A stretch of 64,000 nt of DNA from Clostridia bacterium (GTDB lineage Bacteria; Bacillota; Clostridia; Oscillospirales; CAG-272), in the NCBI GenBank assembly GCA_017961575.1, contig JAGCXA010000044.1:5705-69704 (forward strand), in the 5' to 3' direction. Of the stretch, positions 18,539 through 26,656 are shown in pieces. The first letter of the stretch is position 1, and each line of letters starts with the position of its first letter. Under the pieces are notes generated by a model. The model searched no databases and was not told where the DNA came from. It saw only the letters and a list, made by a program, of their open reading frames with translations. Position numbers and translations under genes: made by a program.

Positions 18539-19201
18539 ATGGTCAAAACCGAAAGAAAACTGCCCTTCGCCGTGCGTGCCGCGGCGACGGTCCTTTTGCT
18601 CCTGCTTCTTTTCGCCGTCCCTCTGACGGCGTTCTGCGCCGAAGGCGACGCGGGATCCGAATCGGCTGAAACCCCGTCCGAACCGACCCTCACCGACACG
18701 GGGGAGGGTGCTGATTTTTCCGAGATCGTCAGCAATTTCCTTGATCGGTACTCGGGCGAGATCTTCTCGGCGCTCTCACTTGTCGGTACGCTCGTTCTGG
18801 CGTGGCTTGCCCGCCGCGGACTTCTCCCCGCCCTGCGCGGGGGACTCGACGGTCTTGCCGCCGGCGTGGATCGGCTCTCCGAATGCACCCGCGACGCGGG
18901 CGAGCGCCAGAGCCGCCTGCTCTCGGAGTTCGTCTCCGACGCCGAGCCGATCCTCTCGGATCTTTCCGGGGTGCGCGATCTGTTCGCCGCGCTCTCGGAG
19001 CGCACCGCCGAACTCGAAAGGAAAACGGCGGAGGCGGAGAGCGAACGGGAGAAACTGATGGCGCTCAACCGCGCGTCGGTCGAGATGCTGAAAGAGGTCT
19101 TTACGGCGGCGCGGCTTCCCGTCACGTCCAAGGAGGAACTGGCGGCGATCTACCGCCGCGCGCTGGACGCCGTCGCGGGAGACGGGGAGGCGACGCCGTG
19201 A
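18539..19201 (+). CDS. Secreted/membrane protein with a signal peptide, a second hydrophobic helix and a coiled-coil C-terminus
   Basis: The ATG at 18539 follows AAAGGAAAAA. The N-terminus MVKTERKLPFAVRAAATVLLLLLLFAVPLTAFCAEG is signal-like, and IFSALSLVGTLVLAWLA forms a second TM segment. Confidence 0.5.
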   Translation: MVKTERKLPFAVRAAATVLLLLLLFAVPLTAFCAEGDAGSESAETPSEPTLTDTGEGADFSEIVSNFLDRYSGEIFSALSLVGTLVLAWLARRGLLPALRGGLDGLAAGVDRLSECTRDAGERQSRLLSEFVSDAEPILSDLSGVRDLFAALSERTAELERKTAEAESEREKLMALNRASVEMLKEVFTAARLPVTSKEELAAIYRRALDAVAGDGEATP

Positions 19202-19554
19202 CGCGCCGCAGACCGGTGTTCCTCGTGCTCGGATGGGCGGTCTCGACCCTTCCGGCGCTGATCGCGACGCTGCGGTGGTTCCCGCTCTTCGTTTCCCGGG
19301 GGCAGGGGGAGAGGGCGATCTCGCTCCTCTCCTGCCTTCTCCTCGTCGTCGCGCTCGTTCCGCTGCGCCGCGCGCTCGGCGCCTTCTTCCGTAACCTCAC
19401 GGCGTGGAAAGTCTACCTCTTCCTGTTCGTGTTCTTTACCCTGACCGGCGCGATCGCGCACGAGGTGCGGTGCGTCGCCGCCGTCGGGCTGATCTCCTCG
19501 ATCCCCGGCAGCATCCTGTTCGCCTTCGGGCGGGGAAGCGGGGATCAACCGTGA
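19198..19554 (+). CDS. Small polytopic membrane protein (118 aa; holin-like position)
   Basis: The GTG at 19198 forms a GTGA overlap and follows GGGGAGG. Three or four hydrophobic helices are present (VFLVLGWAVSTLPALIATL; LLSCLLLVVALVPL; VYLFLFVFFTLTGAIA; AAVGLISSIPGSILFAF). Confidence 0.5.
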   Translation: MTRRRPVFLVLGWAVSTLPALIATLRWFPLFVSRGQGERAISLLSCLLLVVALVPLRRALGAFFRNLTAWKVYLFLFVFFTLTGAIAHEVRCVAAVGLISSIPGSILFAFGRGSGDQP

Positions 19555-20396
19555 CGGGCGGGGATCTTCGCGGACTCGGCGAACTGCGCTGGAAGCGCGG
19601 GGCGGGGATCGTCGTCGGGGCGCTGACCTTCGTCGTTTCGATCCTCGTCTTCTTCACCGAACCCTCGCTCTCGGCGCAGCCGGTCGAAAAGATCACGGTG
19701 CAGATGACGGTCACGATGTTTTGCATTTTCCTGATGTATACCTCGATGAGCGACGCGGGATGCCGCGCCGGGGAGGAACGCGGGGATTACACGGCGGCGC
19801 GCGACGAGTGGATCTCGCTTGCTGACCGCGTGCGGAGATCGGGAAGTCTCGCGGGGCTTTCGGGCTTTTGCCGTCGGCTCGCCGTCGAGGAACGGGAGGA
19901 GGCGCGGGCGGATCGGTTGGCGGCGGTCGGGCTTTCGCTTGACGATTACCGCGCGATCACGGCGGATCCCGCCCGATTCCGCGGTTTGCCGCGCCGTACC
20001 CGCCGCGCGATCCTGCGCGCGCGCTCGATCCGGCTTCTTCGGCTCACCCCCGACCGCCTGCTTTCTTCCTCCGGGCGGGGACGGCGGCGGATCGCCCCGG
20101 TTTCCCCCGGTTCGGCGCGCGCCCGTTCGACGGTCTGTGCGATGGTGCCGTCGCTTCTCGGGACGTTTCTCACCGTTTCGGTGGCGTTCACGGCGGCGGA
20201 CGGACTTACGGCGTCGACGGTCATCTCGGCGGCGTTCCGTCTGCTCGCCCTGCTCTGGACGGGATTCCGTGGCTACGGAATGGGGTACCGGAGCGTCGTC
20301 CGGGACAGCGTTTCGGCGTGCAAGACCCGCTCCGCTCTCCTGCTCCGCTTCCTTTCGGAAACGGGGAACGAAGTGAAAAGTGACGGCGCGGAATAA
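19551..20396 (+). CDS. Membrane protein (281 aa) with N- and C-terminal TM pairs around an Arg-rich central region
   Basis: The GTG at 19551 forms a GTGA overlap. TM segments are IVVGALTFVVSILVFF, VTMFCIFLMYTSM, VPSLLGTFLTVSVAF and VISAAFRLLALLW. Confidence 0.45.
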   Translation: MTGGDLRGLGELRWKRGAGIVVGALTFVVSILVFFTEPSLSAQPVEKITVQMTVTMFCIFLMYTSMSDAGCRAGEERGDYTAARDEWISLADRVRRSGSLAGLSGFCRRLAVEEREEARADRLAAVGLSLDDYRAITADPARFRGLPRRTRRAILRARSIRLLRLTPDRLLSSSGRGRRRIAPVSPGSARARSTVCAMVPSLLGTFLTVSVAFTAADGLTASTVISAAFRLLALLWTGFRGYGMGYRSVVRDSVSACKTRSALLLRFLSETGNEVKSDGAE

Positions 20397-20487
20397 TTTT
20401 CCTTTGCGGCGATCCCGCCCGAAGGGATTAAAACGCGCCCCGCCCGGAGATACTTTCCGTATCCTCAACGGAAAGGAAGTCGACGGG

Positions 20488-21264
20488 ATGAAAAACGGCG
20501 GAAAGGTCGAGATCAGCGGTCTGAACACCTGCGATCTCATCACGCTTTCGGACGGGGAGAAACGCGAATTGCTCGCGGCGGCGCAATCGGGCGACAAATC
20601 GGCGCGCGATCGGCTGATCCTCGGGAATCTCCGGCTGGTTCTGTCGGTGATCCGGCGGTTCTCCTCGCGCAACGAGAATCCCGACGATCTGTTTCAGGTC
20701 GGGGTGATCGGACTCATCAAGGCGATCGACCATTTCAAACTCGATCTCGACGTGAAGTTCTCGACCTACGCCGTCCCGATGATCATCGGTGAGATCCGGC
20801 GCTACCTGCGCGACAACAACAGCATCCGGGTCAGCCGCTCGACCCGGGATCTTGCCTACCGCGCGCTCTCGGCGCGCGAGGAACTCACCCGCAAAACCGA
20901 GCGCGAGCCGACCGTCGAAGAGATCGCCAAAACGCTCGGGGAAGACCCCGCGGCGGTCTCGCAGGCGATGGAGGCGATCGTCGAACCCGTCTCGCTCTAC
21001 GACTCGGTGTTCGGCGAGGGCGACGACGCCGTCTACGTGATCGACCAACTGAAGGACGAGAGCGTCTCTGACGAGATCTGGATCGAGAACATCGCGCTCC
21101 GCGAGGCGATGGATCGGCTCGGACAGCGCGAGCGCGACATCATCCGGATGCGCTTCTACCGCGGAAAGACCCAGATGGAGATCGCCGCCGAGATCGGCAT
21201 CTCGCAGGCGCAGGTCTCGCGCCTCGAAAAGAGCGCCATCGAGCACATCCGTGGAAATATGTGA
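20488..21264 (+). CDS. sigG: Sporulation (forespore) RNA polymerase sigma factor SigG
   Basis: The 258-aa product is near-collinear with the SigG consensus as I remember it: GNLRLVLSVIRRF...DDLFQVGVIGLIKAIDHF...VKFSTYAVPMIIGEIRRYLRDNNSIRVSRS...GKTQMEIAAEIGISQAQVSRLEK. The ATG at 20488 follows GGAAAGGAAG. Confidence 0.85.
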   Translation: MKNGGKVEISGLNTCDLITLSDGEKRELLAAAQSGDKSARDRLILGNLRLVLSVIRRFSSRNENPDDLFQVGVIGLIKAIDHFKLDLDVKFSTYAVPMIIGEIRRYLRDNNSIRVSRSTRDLAYRALSAREELTRKTEREPTVEEIAKTLGEDPAAVSQAMEAIVEPVSLYDSVFGEGDDAVYVIDQLKDESVSDEIWIENIALREAMDRLGQRERDIIRMRFYRGKTQMEIAAEIGISQAQVSRLEKSAIEHIRGNM

Positions 21265-21275
21265 AACCGAAAAAA

Positions 21276-21318
21276 GAAGAGGGCAGGTGCGCCGAACGGC
21301 GACCTGCCCTCTTCTTTC
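21276..21318. terminator. Bidirectional intrinsic terminator between sigG and the RpiR-family gene
   Basis: A 13-bp stem gaagagggcaggt/acctgccctcttc is flanked by an A-run (5') and a T-run (3'). Confidence 0.8.
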
Positions 21319-21375
21319 ATTATTATAGAAACTGTGAAACGGCGCTCTTTTCAATATGTTTGGTAAAAGGAGCGT

Positions 21376-22209
21376 TCAGTATTTCTTCGATTGCAGCGCG
21401 CGCTCGGTTTCCTTGATCGATTCGACCGCCTTGTCCGAGAGGTTGAAGACGACGTAGTAGTAGAGCGTGTCGATGATCGCGAGTTGCGCGATCCGCGAGT
21501 TCAGCGCGAGGATGCTGTACGAGGTTTCGGGCGACGAGGTGTGCAGAACGACGTCCGAGACCTTGTTGATCGGCGATTTGCCGACGTTGGTGATCGCGAC
21601 GGTTTTCGCGCCGTGCTCGCGCGCGACTTTCAGGGCTTCGACGATGTCCTTCGACGAGCCGGAGTGTGAAACGCCGATCGCCACGTCCCCCTCCCCGAGA
21701 TGCGACGCCACGATCATCTGCATATGGTTGTCCGAACACGCCGTCGAGTTCAGCCCGGCGCGAATGAACTTGTGGCTCGCGTCGAGCGCGACCGACGCCG
21801 AGTTTCCGAGCCCGAAAACGGCGATCTTCCCGGCGGAGCAGATCGCGGCGGCGGCGGCGGAGAGGGCGGCGGGGTCAAGCGCTTTCTTCGTCAGTTCAAG
21901 AGAGCAGTAGATCTCGTTGCAGACCTTGTCGAACATCTCGGCGGCGGAGTCCTGCGCCGTGATGGTCGTGCTGACCGTCGTCTTGCTCTCGGACGCGAGC
22001 GAGATTTTCAGATCCTGATACCCCTCGAGCCCGATCTTCCGCGAAAAACGCACGATGGTCGCCTCGCTGCATTTGCACTGCTCGGCGAGTTCCACGATCG
22101 AGAGCGAGATGATCTTTCCGGGGTTCTGCTCGATCCAGTCCGCGATCTTCTTTTCCGCCGTTCCGAGCGTGTTGTAGAGCATTTTGATCTTCAGGGAAAC
22201 CTTGTCCAT
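21376..22209 (-). CDS. MurR/RpiR-family transcriptional regulator (HTH + SIS domain)
   Basis: The 277-aa ORF has an N-terminal HTH (…SIVELAEQCKCSEATIVRFSRKIGLEGYQDLK…) and a C-terminal SIS domain (…KIAVFGLGNSASVALDASHKF…AIGVSHSGSSKDIV…). It is divergent from the sugar operon. Confidence 0.85.
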   Translation of the reverse strand: MDKVSLKIKMLYNTLGTAEKKIADWIEQNPGKIISLSIVELAEQCKCSEATIVRFSRKIGLEGYQDLKISLASESKTTVSTTITAQDSAAEMFDKVCNEIYCSLELTKKALDPAALSAAAAAICSAGKIAVFGLGNSASVALDASHKFIRAGLNSTACSDNHMQMIVASHLGEGDVAIGVSHSGSSKDIVEALKVAREHGAKTVAITNVGKSPINKVSDVVLHTSSPETSYSILALNSRIAQLAIIDTLYYYVVFNLSDKAVESIKETERALQSKKY

Positions 22210-22294
22210 TTTCGTCCTCTCCCGGCATTTTTTACACTTTTATTATAAACTGAAAAAAACGATTTGTCAAATGAAACTTATTTTCGCATTTTTG

Positions 22295-22350
22295 TTGACA
22301 CGGCGCCCCGGAAGTGATATAATAAAAGCCGGATATGAAAATTATTTTCA
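22295..22350 (+). promoter_or_regulatory. Consensus sigma-A-type promoter plus a palindromic operator candidate for the carbohydrate operon
   Basis: TTGACA (22295-22300), a 17-nt spacer and TATAAT (22318-22323) are present. The 15-nt palindrome tgaaaatTattttca (22336-22350) lies just downstream of the predicted start site. Confidence 0.6.
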
Positions 22351-22388
22351 CAAATCTGCCGTAATCGCATTATAATGAAGGAGGAAAA

Positions 22389-23813
22389 ATGAACGATTTT
22401 TTGTTTGACGTGATCGCGACGGAACTCGAGGACGCGGTCGGACGGGAGAACTGCTCCACCCGTACCATCGACAAAATCACGCACAGCGTCGACTATTTCT
22501 GGCTGTCGCGGATGTGGGCGGACCGCGGGCTGCGGATGCCGGAGGGCGACTTCATCGTCGCGCCGAAGGACGCGAAGGAGACGTCTGCCGTCTTGAAGAT
22601 CGCCAACTATTATAAACTCCCCGTGACGACCTGGGGCGGCGGAGGCGGCACGCAGGGCGGGGCGATCCCGGTCTGCGGCGGGATCGTGCTCGACACCAAG
22701 CGGATGAACGCGATCTACGATTTCAACGAGCCGGGTATGTACATAGAATGCGGCACCGGTACGATCTACAAACACCTCGAATGGGCGGCGAACGAGCGCG
22801 GCTACGCGACGATGCACTATCCGTCTTCGCTCACCTGCTCGACCGTCGGCGGGTTCCTCGCCCACCGCGGGATCGGCGTTTCCTCGACCAAATACGGCAA
22901 GATCGACGATATGGTCCTGCAAATGGAGGTCGTGCTTCCGAACGGCGATATCATCGAGACCTCGCCCGCGCCCAAACACGCGGCGGGTCCCGACCTGAAC
23001 CAGATCTTCATCGGTTCGGAGGGGACGCTCGGCGTCATCACGAAGGCGCAGATGCGCATTTACGATCAGCCCGAGGCGCGCCGTTTCCGCGGCTTCCTCT
23101 TCCACAATATGACCGACGCCTTCAACGCGGGGCGCGAACTGCTTCAAAAATTCAAGCCGTCGGTGATGCGTCTCTACGACGAAGCCGAGACGGCGTCGCT
23201 CATCAAGAAGATCGTCGGCGTCGAGAAGAAGGGCGCCTTTATGAACGTCGCGATCGAGGGCGTCTCCGAGATGGTCGATCTCGAAGAAAAGATCCTGCTT
23301 GAAACCTTCGGCAAATACGGCGCGGAGGATCTCGGATCCGAGTACGGCGAGAAATGGTGGAAGGAGAAGATCACTTTCTTCTATCCCGGACACATGATGG
23401 ACATCCCGCAATGCTTCGGCACGATGGACACGATCGCCCCCTACGGCAAGATCGAGAAGATCTATTGGGAGATGAAGAAGGCGATCGAGACGAACTTCCC
23501 GCAGGCGAAGTTCATCGCGCACTTCTCGCATTGGTACGAGTGGGGCTGCATGATCTACGACCGCTTCATCGTCGACGGTAAGGACGTGCCGAAGGATCCG
23601 CACGAGGCGTTCCGCCTCCACCAGGCGATCTGGAACTGCGGCGTCCGCACGGCGCTCGCCAACGGCGGCGTGGTGAACGATCACCACGGCGTCGGCATCA
23701 AACTCGGTCGTCTGATGAAGGAACAGTACGGTCCCGCGATGCAGGTCTTCGAGGGCATCAAAAAACAACTCGACCCGAACGGGATCATGAACCCGTACAA
23801 ACTGGGGCTGTGA
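22389..23813 (+). CDS. FAD-binding oxidoreductase (GlcD / D-lactate dehydrogenase / FAD-linked oxidase family)
   Basis: The 474-aa ORF has an N-terminal FAD_binding_4-like region (…VTTWGGGGGTQGGAIP…GGIVLD…) and a C-terminal FAD-oxidase region (…HHGVGIKL…LDPNGIMNP). The RBS is GGAGGA. Confidence 0.8.
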   Translation: MNDFLFDVIATELEDAVGRENCSTRTIDKITHSVDYFWLSRMWADRGLRMPEGDFIVAPKDAKETSAVLKIANYYKLPVTTWGGGGGTQGGAIPVCGGIVLDTKRMNAIYDFNEPGMYIECGTGTIYKHLEWAANERGYATMHYPSSLTCSTVGGFLAHRGIGVSSTKYGKIDDMVLQMEVVLPNGDIIETSPAPKHAAGPDLNQIFIGSEGTLGVITKAQMRIYDQPEARRFRGFLFHNMTDAFNAGRELLQKFKPSVMRLYDEAETASLIKKIVGVEKKGAFMNVAIEGVSEMVDLEEKILLETFGKYGAEDLGSEYGEKWWKEKITFFYPGHMMDIPQCFGTMDTIAPYGKIEKIYWEMKKAIETNFPQAKFIAHFSHWYEWGCMIYDRFIVDGKDVPKDPHEAFRLHQAIWNCGVRTALANGGVVNDHHGVGIKLGRLMKEQYGPAMQVFEGIKKQLDPNGIMNPYKLGL

Positions 23814-23829
23814 GGGAGGTGCGTCTGCA

Positions 23830-24912
23830 ATGAAGTTTACTCAGAAAAGCAAGGAACATCTCGACGCCTGCCGCTTCTGCTGGATGTGCCGGCACATCTG
23901 CCCGATCGGGAACGCGACGGGGCAGGAAAGAAACACGTCGCGCGCAAGGGCGCTCGGGCTCTCGCTCGTGGCGCGGGGCGCCGTCGAATACTCCGAGGAC
24001 GTCGTCAACAACGTCTACGAGTGCGCGCTCTGCGGCGCGTGCGTCAAGGAATGCGTGACCGGATGGGACCCCGTGACGTTCACGAAGGAAGCGCGGCTCG
24101 GCGCGGCGCTCGACGGCAAACTGCCGCCCTACGTTCTCAAAATGGTGAACGCCGCCCTGGAAACGGGGAATATCTACGGGGAAAAACTCGGAAATGAACT
24201 CGCGGGAAAGATCCGGACGCTCAAAAAGAGCGAGACGCTCTTCTTCCTCGGCGCGGACGCGCGGTATAAGACCCCGAAAAACGCCGTCGGGGCGATCGAC
24301 CTGCTCGCGAAACTGGGCGCCGACTTCACCGCGCTCGAAAACGAGCCCGACAGCGGCTACGGGATGGACTTCCTCGTCTCGGCGACATCCGAGACAAAAA
24401 AGATCGCCGAGACCTGCGCCGAAACGCTGAACGGCTACAAAAAGGTGATCTGCTACGACCCCGCCGACGCAAAAGTATTCCGGCGGGAATACAAAGAATG
24501 GAACGTCGGGATCAAAGCCGAAGTCTTGACCTTTACTGAATACCTTGCTATAATGATTAAAGATAGAAAGGTCAAGAAAAGCGATCTCGTTTTCACCCCG
24601 CAGGACAGCGCGATCCTCGCCCGCGATCTCGAAGAGACCGAGCCGATCCGCGATATCCTCGGCAAGATCGGCGGCGTTTCGGAAATGCTGCTCAACCGCC
24701 GCGACACGATGCTGGCGGGCAACCTGATCATGAACGAGTACATGCCCGAGGTGATGGAGCGCGTCGCGCTCGACCGCTGGACCAACGCGAAGAACGTCGG
24801 GGCGAAGATCCTCGTCACCGAGAGCCCCGCCGAATACGCTCTGCTCGCGAAAACCAAACCCGCGGACCTTTCCGTCGTCACACTTGAGGAGGCGATCAGT
24901 CAATGCTTGTAA
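23830..24912 (+). CDS. (Fe-S)-binding protein, GlcF/HdrD-like partner of the FAD oxidase
   Basis: Two ferredoxin-type Cys clusters are present (CRFCWMCRHICP ; CALCGACVKECV), followed by a CCG-like C-terminal region. The product is 360 aa. Confidence 0.75.
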   Translation: MKFTQKSKEHLDACRFCWMCRHICPIGNATGQERNTSRARALGLSLVARGAVEYSEDVVNNVYECALCGACVKECVTGWDPVTFTKEARLGAALDGKLPPYVLKMVNAALETGNIYGEKLGNELAGKIRTLKKSETLFFLGADARYKTPKNAVGAIDLLAKLGADFTALENEPDSGYGMDFLVSATSETKKIAETCAETLNGYKKVICYDPADAKVFRREYKEWNVGIKAEVLTFTEYLAIMIKDRKVKKSDLVFTPQDSAILARDLEETEPIRDILGKIGGVSEMLLNRRDTMLAGNLIMNEYMPEVMERVALDRWTNAKNVGAKILVTESPAEYALLAKTKPADLSVVTLEEAISQCL

Positions 24913-25745
24913 ACCTGAAAACGGTGCTTTCGCTCGCCGAGGCGGGCGGGTTTGCCGTTCCGGCGTTCAACGTCTACAATATGGAGACGGTGATGGGCGC
25001 CGTGAGGGCGGCGGAGGAACTGCGCGCGCCCGTTATTTTGCAGGTTTATCCCCGGCTGATGAAAGAGGAGACGGGGTATTATCTCTCGCCCGTCATTCTC
25101 GCGGCGGCGAAGAGGGCGACCGTTCCGGTCTGTTTCCACCTCGATCACGGTCCGTCGGAACTCGAAACCACCCGTTCGATCCGCTACGGCGCGACGGGGA
25201 TCATGCTCGACGGCTCGACGCTTCCGTTTGAGGAAAATATCGCTCTGACGAAGCGCGTCGTCGACACCTGCGCCTACCTCGACGTTCAGGTCGAGGGCGA
25301 ACTCGGACACGTCGGGATGACAAGCGACAAGGAAATGGACGAATTCACGACCCCGGAGGACGCGAAGATCTTTTTCGAGCGTACCGGCGTCGCCTGCCTC
25401 GCCGTGGCGGTCGGAACGGCGCACGGACGCTATAAGAAACCGCCGAAACTCGACGTCGACCGGATCAGGGCGATCCGGGAGGCGACCGGGGGCGCGGCGC
25501 TCGTCCTGCACGGCGGAAGCGGCGTGCCCGACGAGGAGATCAAACGCGGCGTCGCCGCGGGGATCCGCAAGATGAATTTCGCGACCGATATTTGCTACGC
25601 GTTCCTCGACAGTTGCCTTGAAGAACTGCAAAAACCCGACCGTCCGGTCGCGGTCGACAGTTTTATGAAGCGCCCGATCGAGGCGGTCAAGGAATTCTGT
25701 ATGACGCGGATCAAGTTGGTCGGCGCGGACGGAAAGGCGAAATAA
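24903..25745 (+). CDS. Class II fructose/tagatose-bisphosphate aldolase family protein (IolJ/KbaY-like)
   Basis: The 280-aa ORF contains …GGFAVPAFNVYNMETV…PVILQV…HLDHG…EGELGHVG…AVAVGTAHG…LVLHGGSG…, the class II aldolase signature. Confidence 0.85.
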   Translation: MLVNLKTVLSLAEAGGFAVPAFNVYNMETVMGAVRAAEELRAPVILQVYPRLMKEETGYYLSPVILAAAKRATVPVCFHLDHGPSELETTRSIRYGATGIMLDGSTLPFEENIALTKRVVDTCAYLDVQVEGELGHVGMTSDKEMDEFTTPEDAKIFFERTGVACLAVAVGTAHGRYKKPPKLDVDRIRAIREATGGAALVLHGGSGVPDEEIKRGVAAGIRKMNFATDICYAFLDSCLEELQKPDRPVAVDSFMKRPIEAVKEFCMTRIKLVGADGKAK

Positions 25746-26656
25746 TGATGCAGATAGTCGGCGTCGGGGCGAACGTTTACGACACCCTGATCGCGCTTGA
25801 AAAGTATCCGACGGAGGATACCAAGACGCGCTGCGAAGGGATCCGGAAGAGCGGGGGAGGACCCTGCGCCACCGGTCTTGTCGCCGCGTCGAAACTCGGG
25901 GCGGAATGTGCGTATATCGGCAATTTCGCCGACGACGAAGGCGGGCGGTTCCTCAAAGCCGACCTCGAACGGTTCGGGGTGTCGACGAAATACTGCCGGA
26001 CGCTCTCCGGCTACGCCTCCTTCTCGTCCTGTATCTGGCTCGCCGCCGATCGGGCGAGCCGGACGGTCGTCTTTGACAAGGGAGACTTGCCCGGGACGGA
26101 ACTCGACGAAAACGCGAAAGCCGCGATCGCCTGCGCCGCCGTCCTGATGGTCGACGGAAACGATCTTGACGCCGCGGTCGAGGCGGCGAAGATCGCTCGG
26201 GAAAACGGCGTGAAGGTGCTTTACGACGCGGGCGGGCTCTACGCCGGGATCGAGCGGCTGTTGCCTTACGCCGATTATCTCATCCCCTCCGAGGAGTTCG
26301 CGCTCGCTCACACCGGGAAAAAGACCGCGGAAGAGGCGGCGAAAGCCCTGTTTGAAACCTACTCTCCCGCCGTCGTCGTCGTCACGCAGGGAAAGCGCGG
26401 GGGGATCCTCTGTGACGGGAGGACCGTCCGGGAATACCCGGCGCTGCCCGTCCCCGTGCTCGACTCCAACGGCGCGGGCGACGTCTTCCACGGCGCGTTC
26501 GCGTTCGCCGTGACGCGGGGGTACGACCCTTATCGCGCCTGCGTGTTTTCGAGCGCGGTTTCGGCTTTGAAATGCACCAAGGTCGGCGCGCGCGACGGCG
26601 CCCCCGATCTTGATTCGGTTAACGCGTTTTTGAAGGAGAACGGATATGAATTTTAA
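25745..26656 (+). CDS. PfkB-family sugar/ketodeoxy-acid kinase (KdgK/IolC-like)
   Basis: The 303-aa ORF has a ribokinase-like fold with the C-terminal signature …DSNGAGDVFHGAFAFAV…. Its start overlaps the aldolase stop (TAATG). Confidence 0.8.
   Translation: MMQIVGVGANVYDTLIALEKYPTEDTKTRCEGIRKSGGGPCATGLVAASKLGAECAYIGNFADDEGGRFLKADLERFGVSTKYCRTLSGYASFSSCIWLAADRASRTVVFDKGDLPGTELDENAKAAIACAAVLMVDGNDLDAAVEAAKIARENGVKVLYDAGGLYAGIERLLPYADYLIPSEEFALAHTGKKTAEEAAKALFETYSPAVVVVTQGKRGGILCDGRTVREYPALPVPVLDSNGAGDVFHGAFAFAVTRGYDPYRACVFSSAVSALKCTKVGARDGAPDLDSVNAFLKENGYEF

Larger units (their letters stand above)
5043..20396 (+). mobile_element. Compact phage-like (defective prophage or GTA-like) structural gene cluster
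   Basis: About 19 co-directional genes include terS, terL, portal, a scaffold-like protein and the major capsid. No integrase, repressor/antirepressor pair, replication gene, tape measure or endolysin is recognisable. By eye, GC content matches the flanking chromosome. Confidence 0.65.

Noticed and set aside
20488-21264. An alternative call as SigF, or as a phage-encoded sigma factor belonging to the adjacent phage-like cluster.
   Set aside because: Regions 2-4 match the SigG pattern (LRLVLSVI.RF, VKFSTYAVPMIIGEIRRYLRDNN.IRVSRS, ISQAQVSRLEK) more closely than the SigF pattern (MRLVWSVVQRF, VRFSTYAVPMIIGEIQRFIRDDG). It has full housekeeping-like length and its own terminator.
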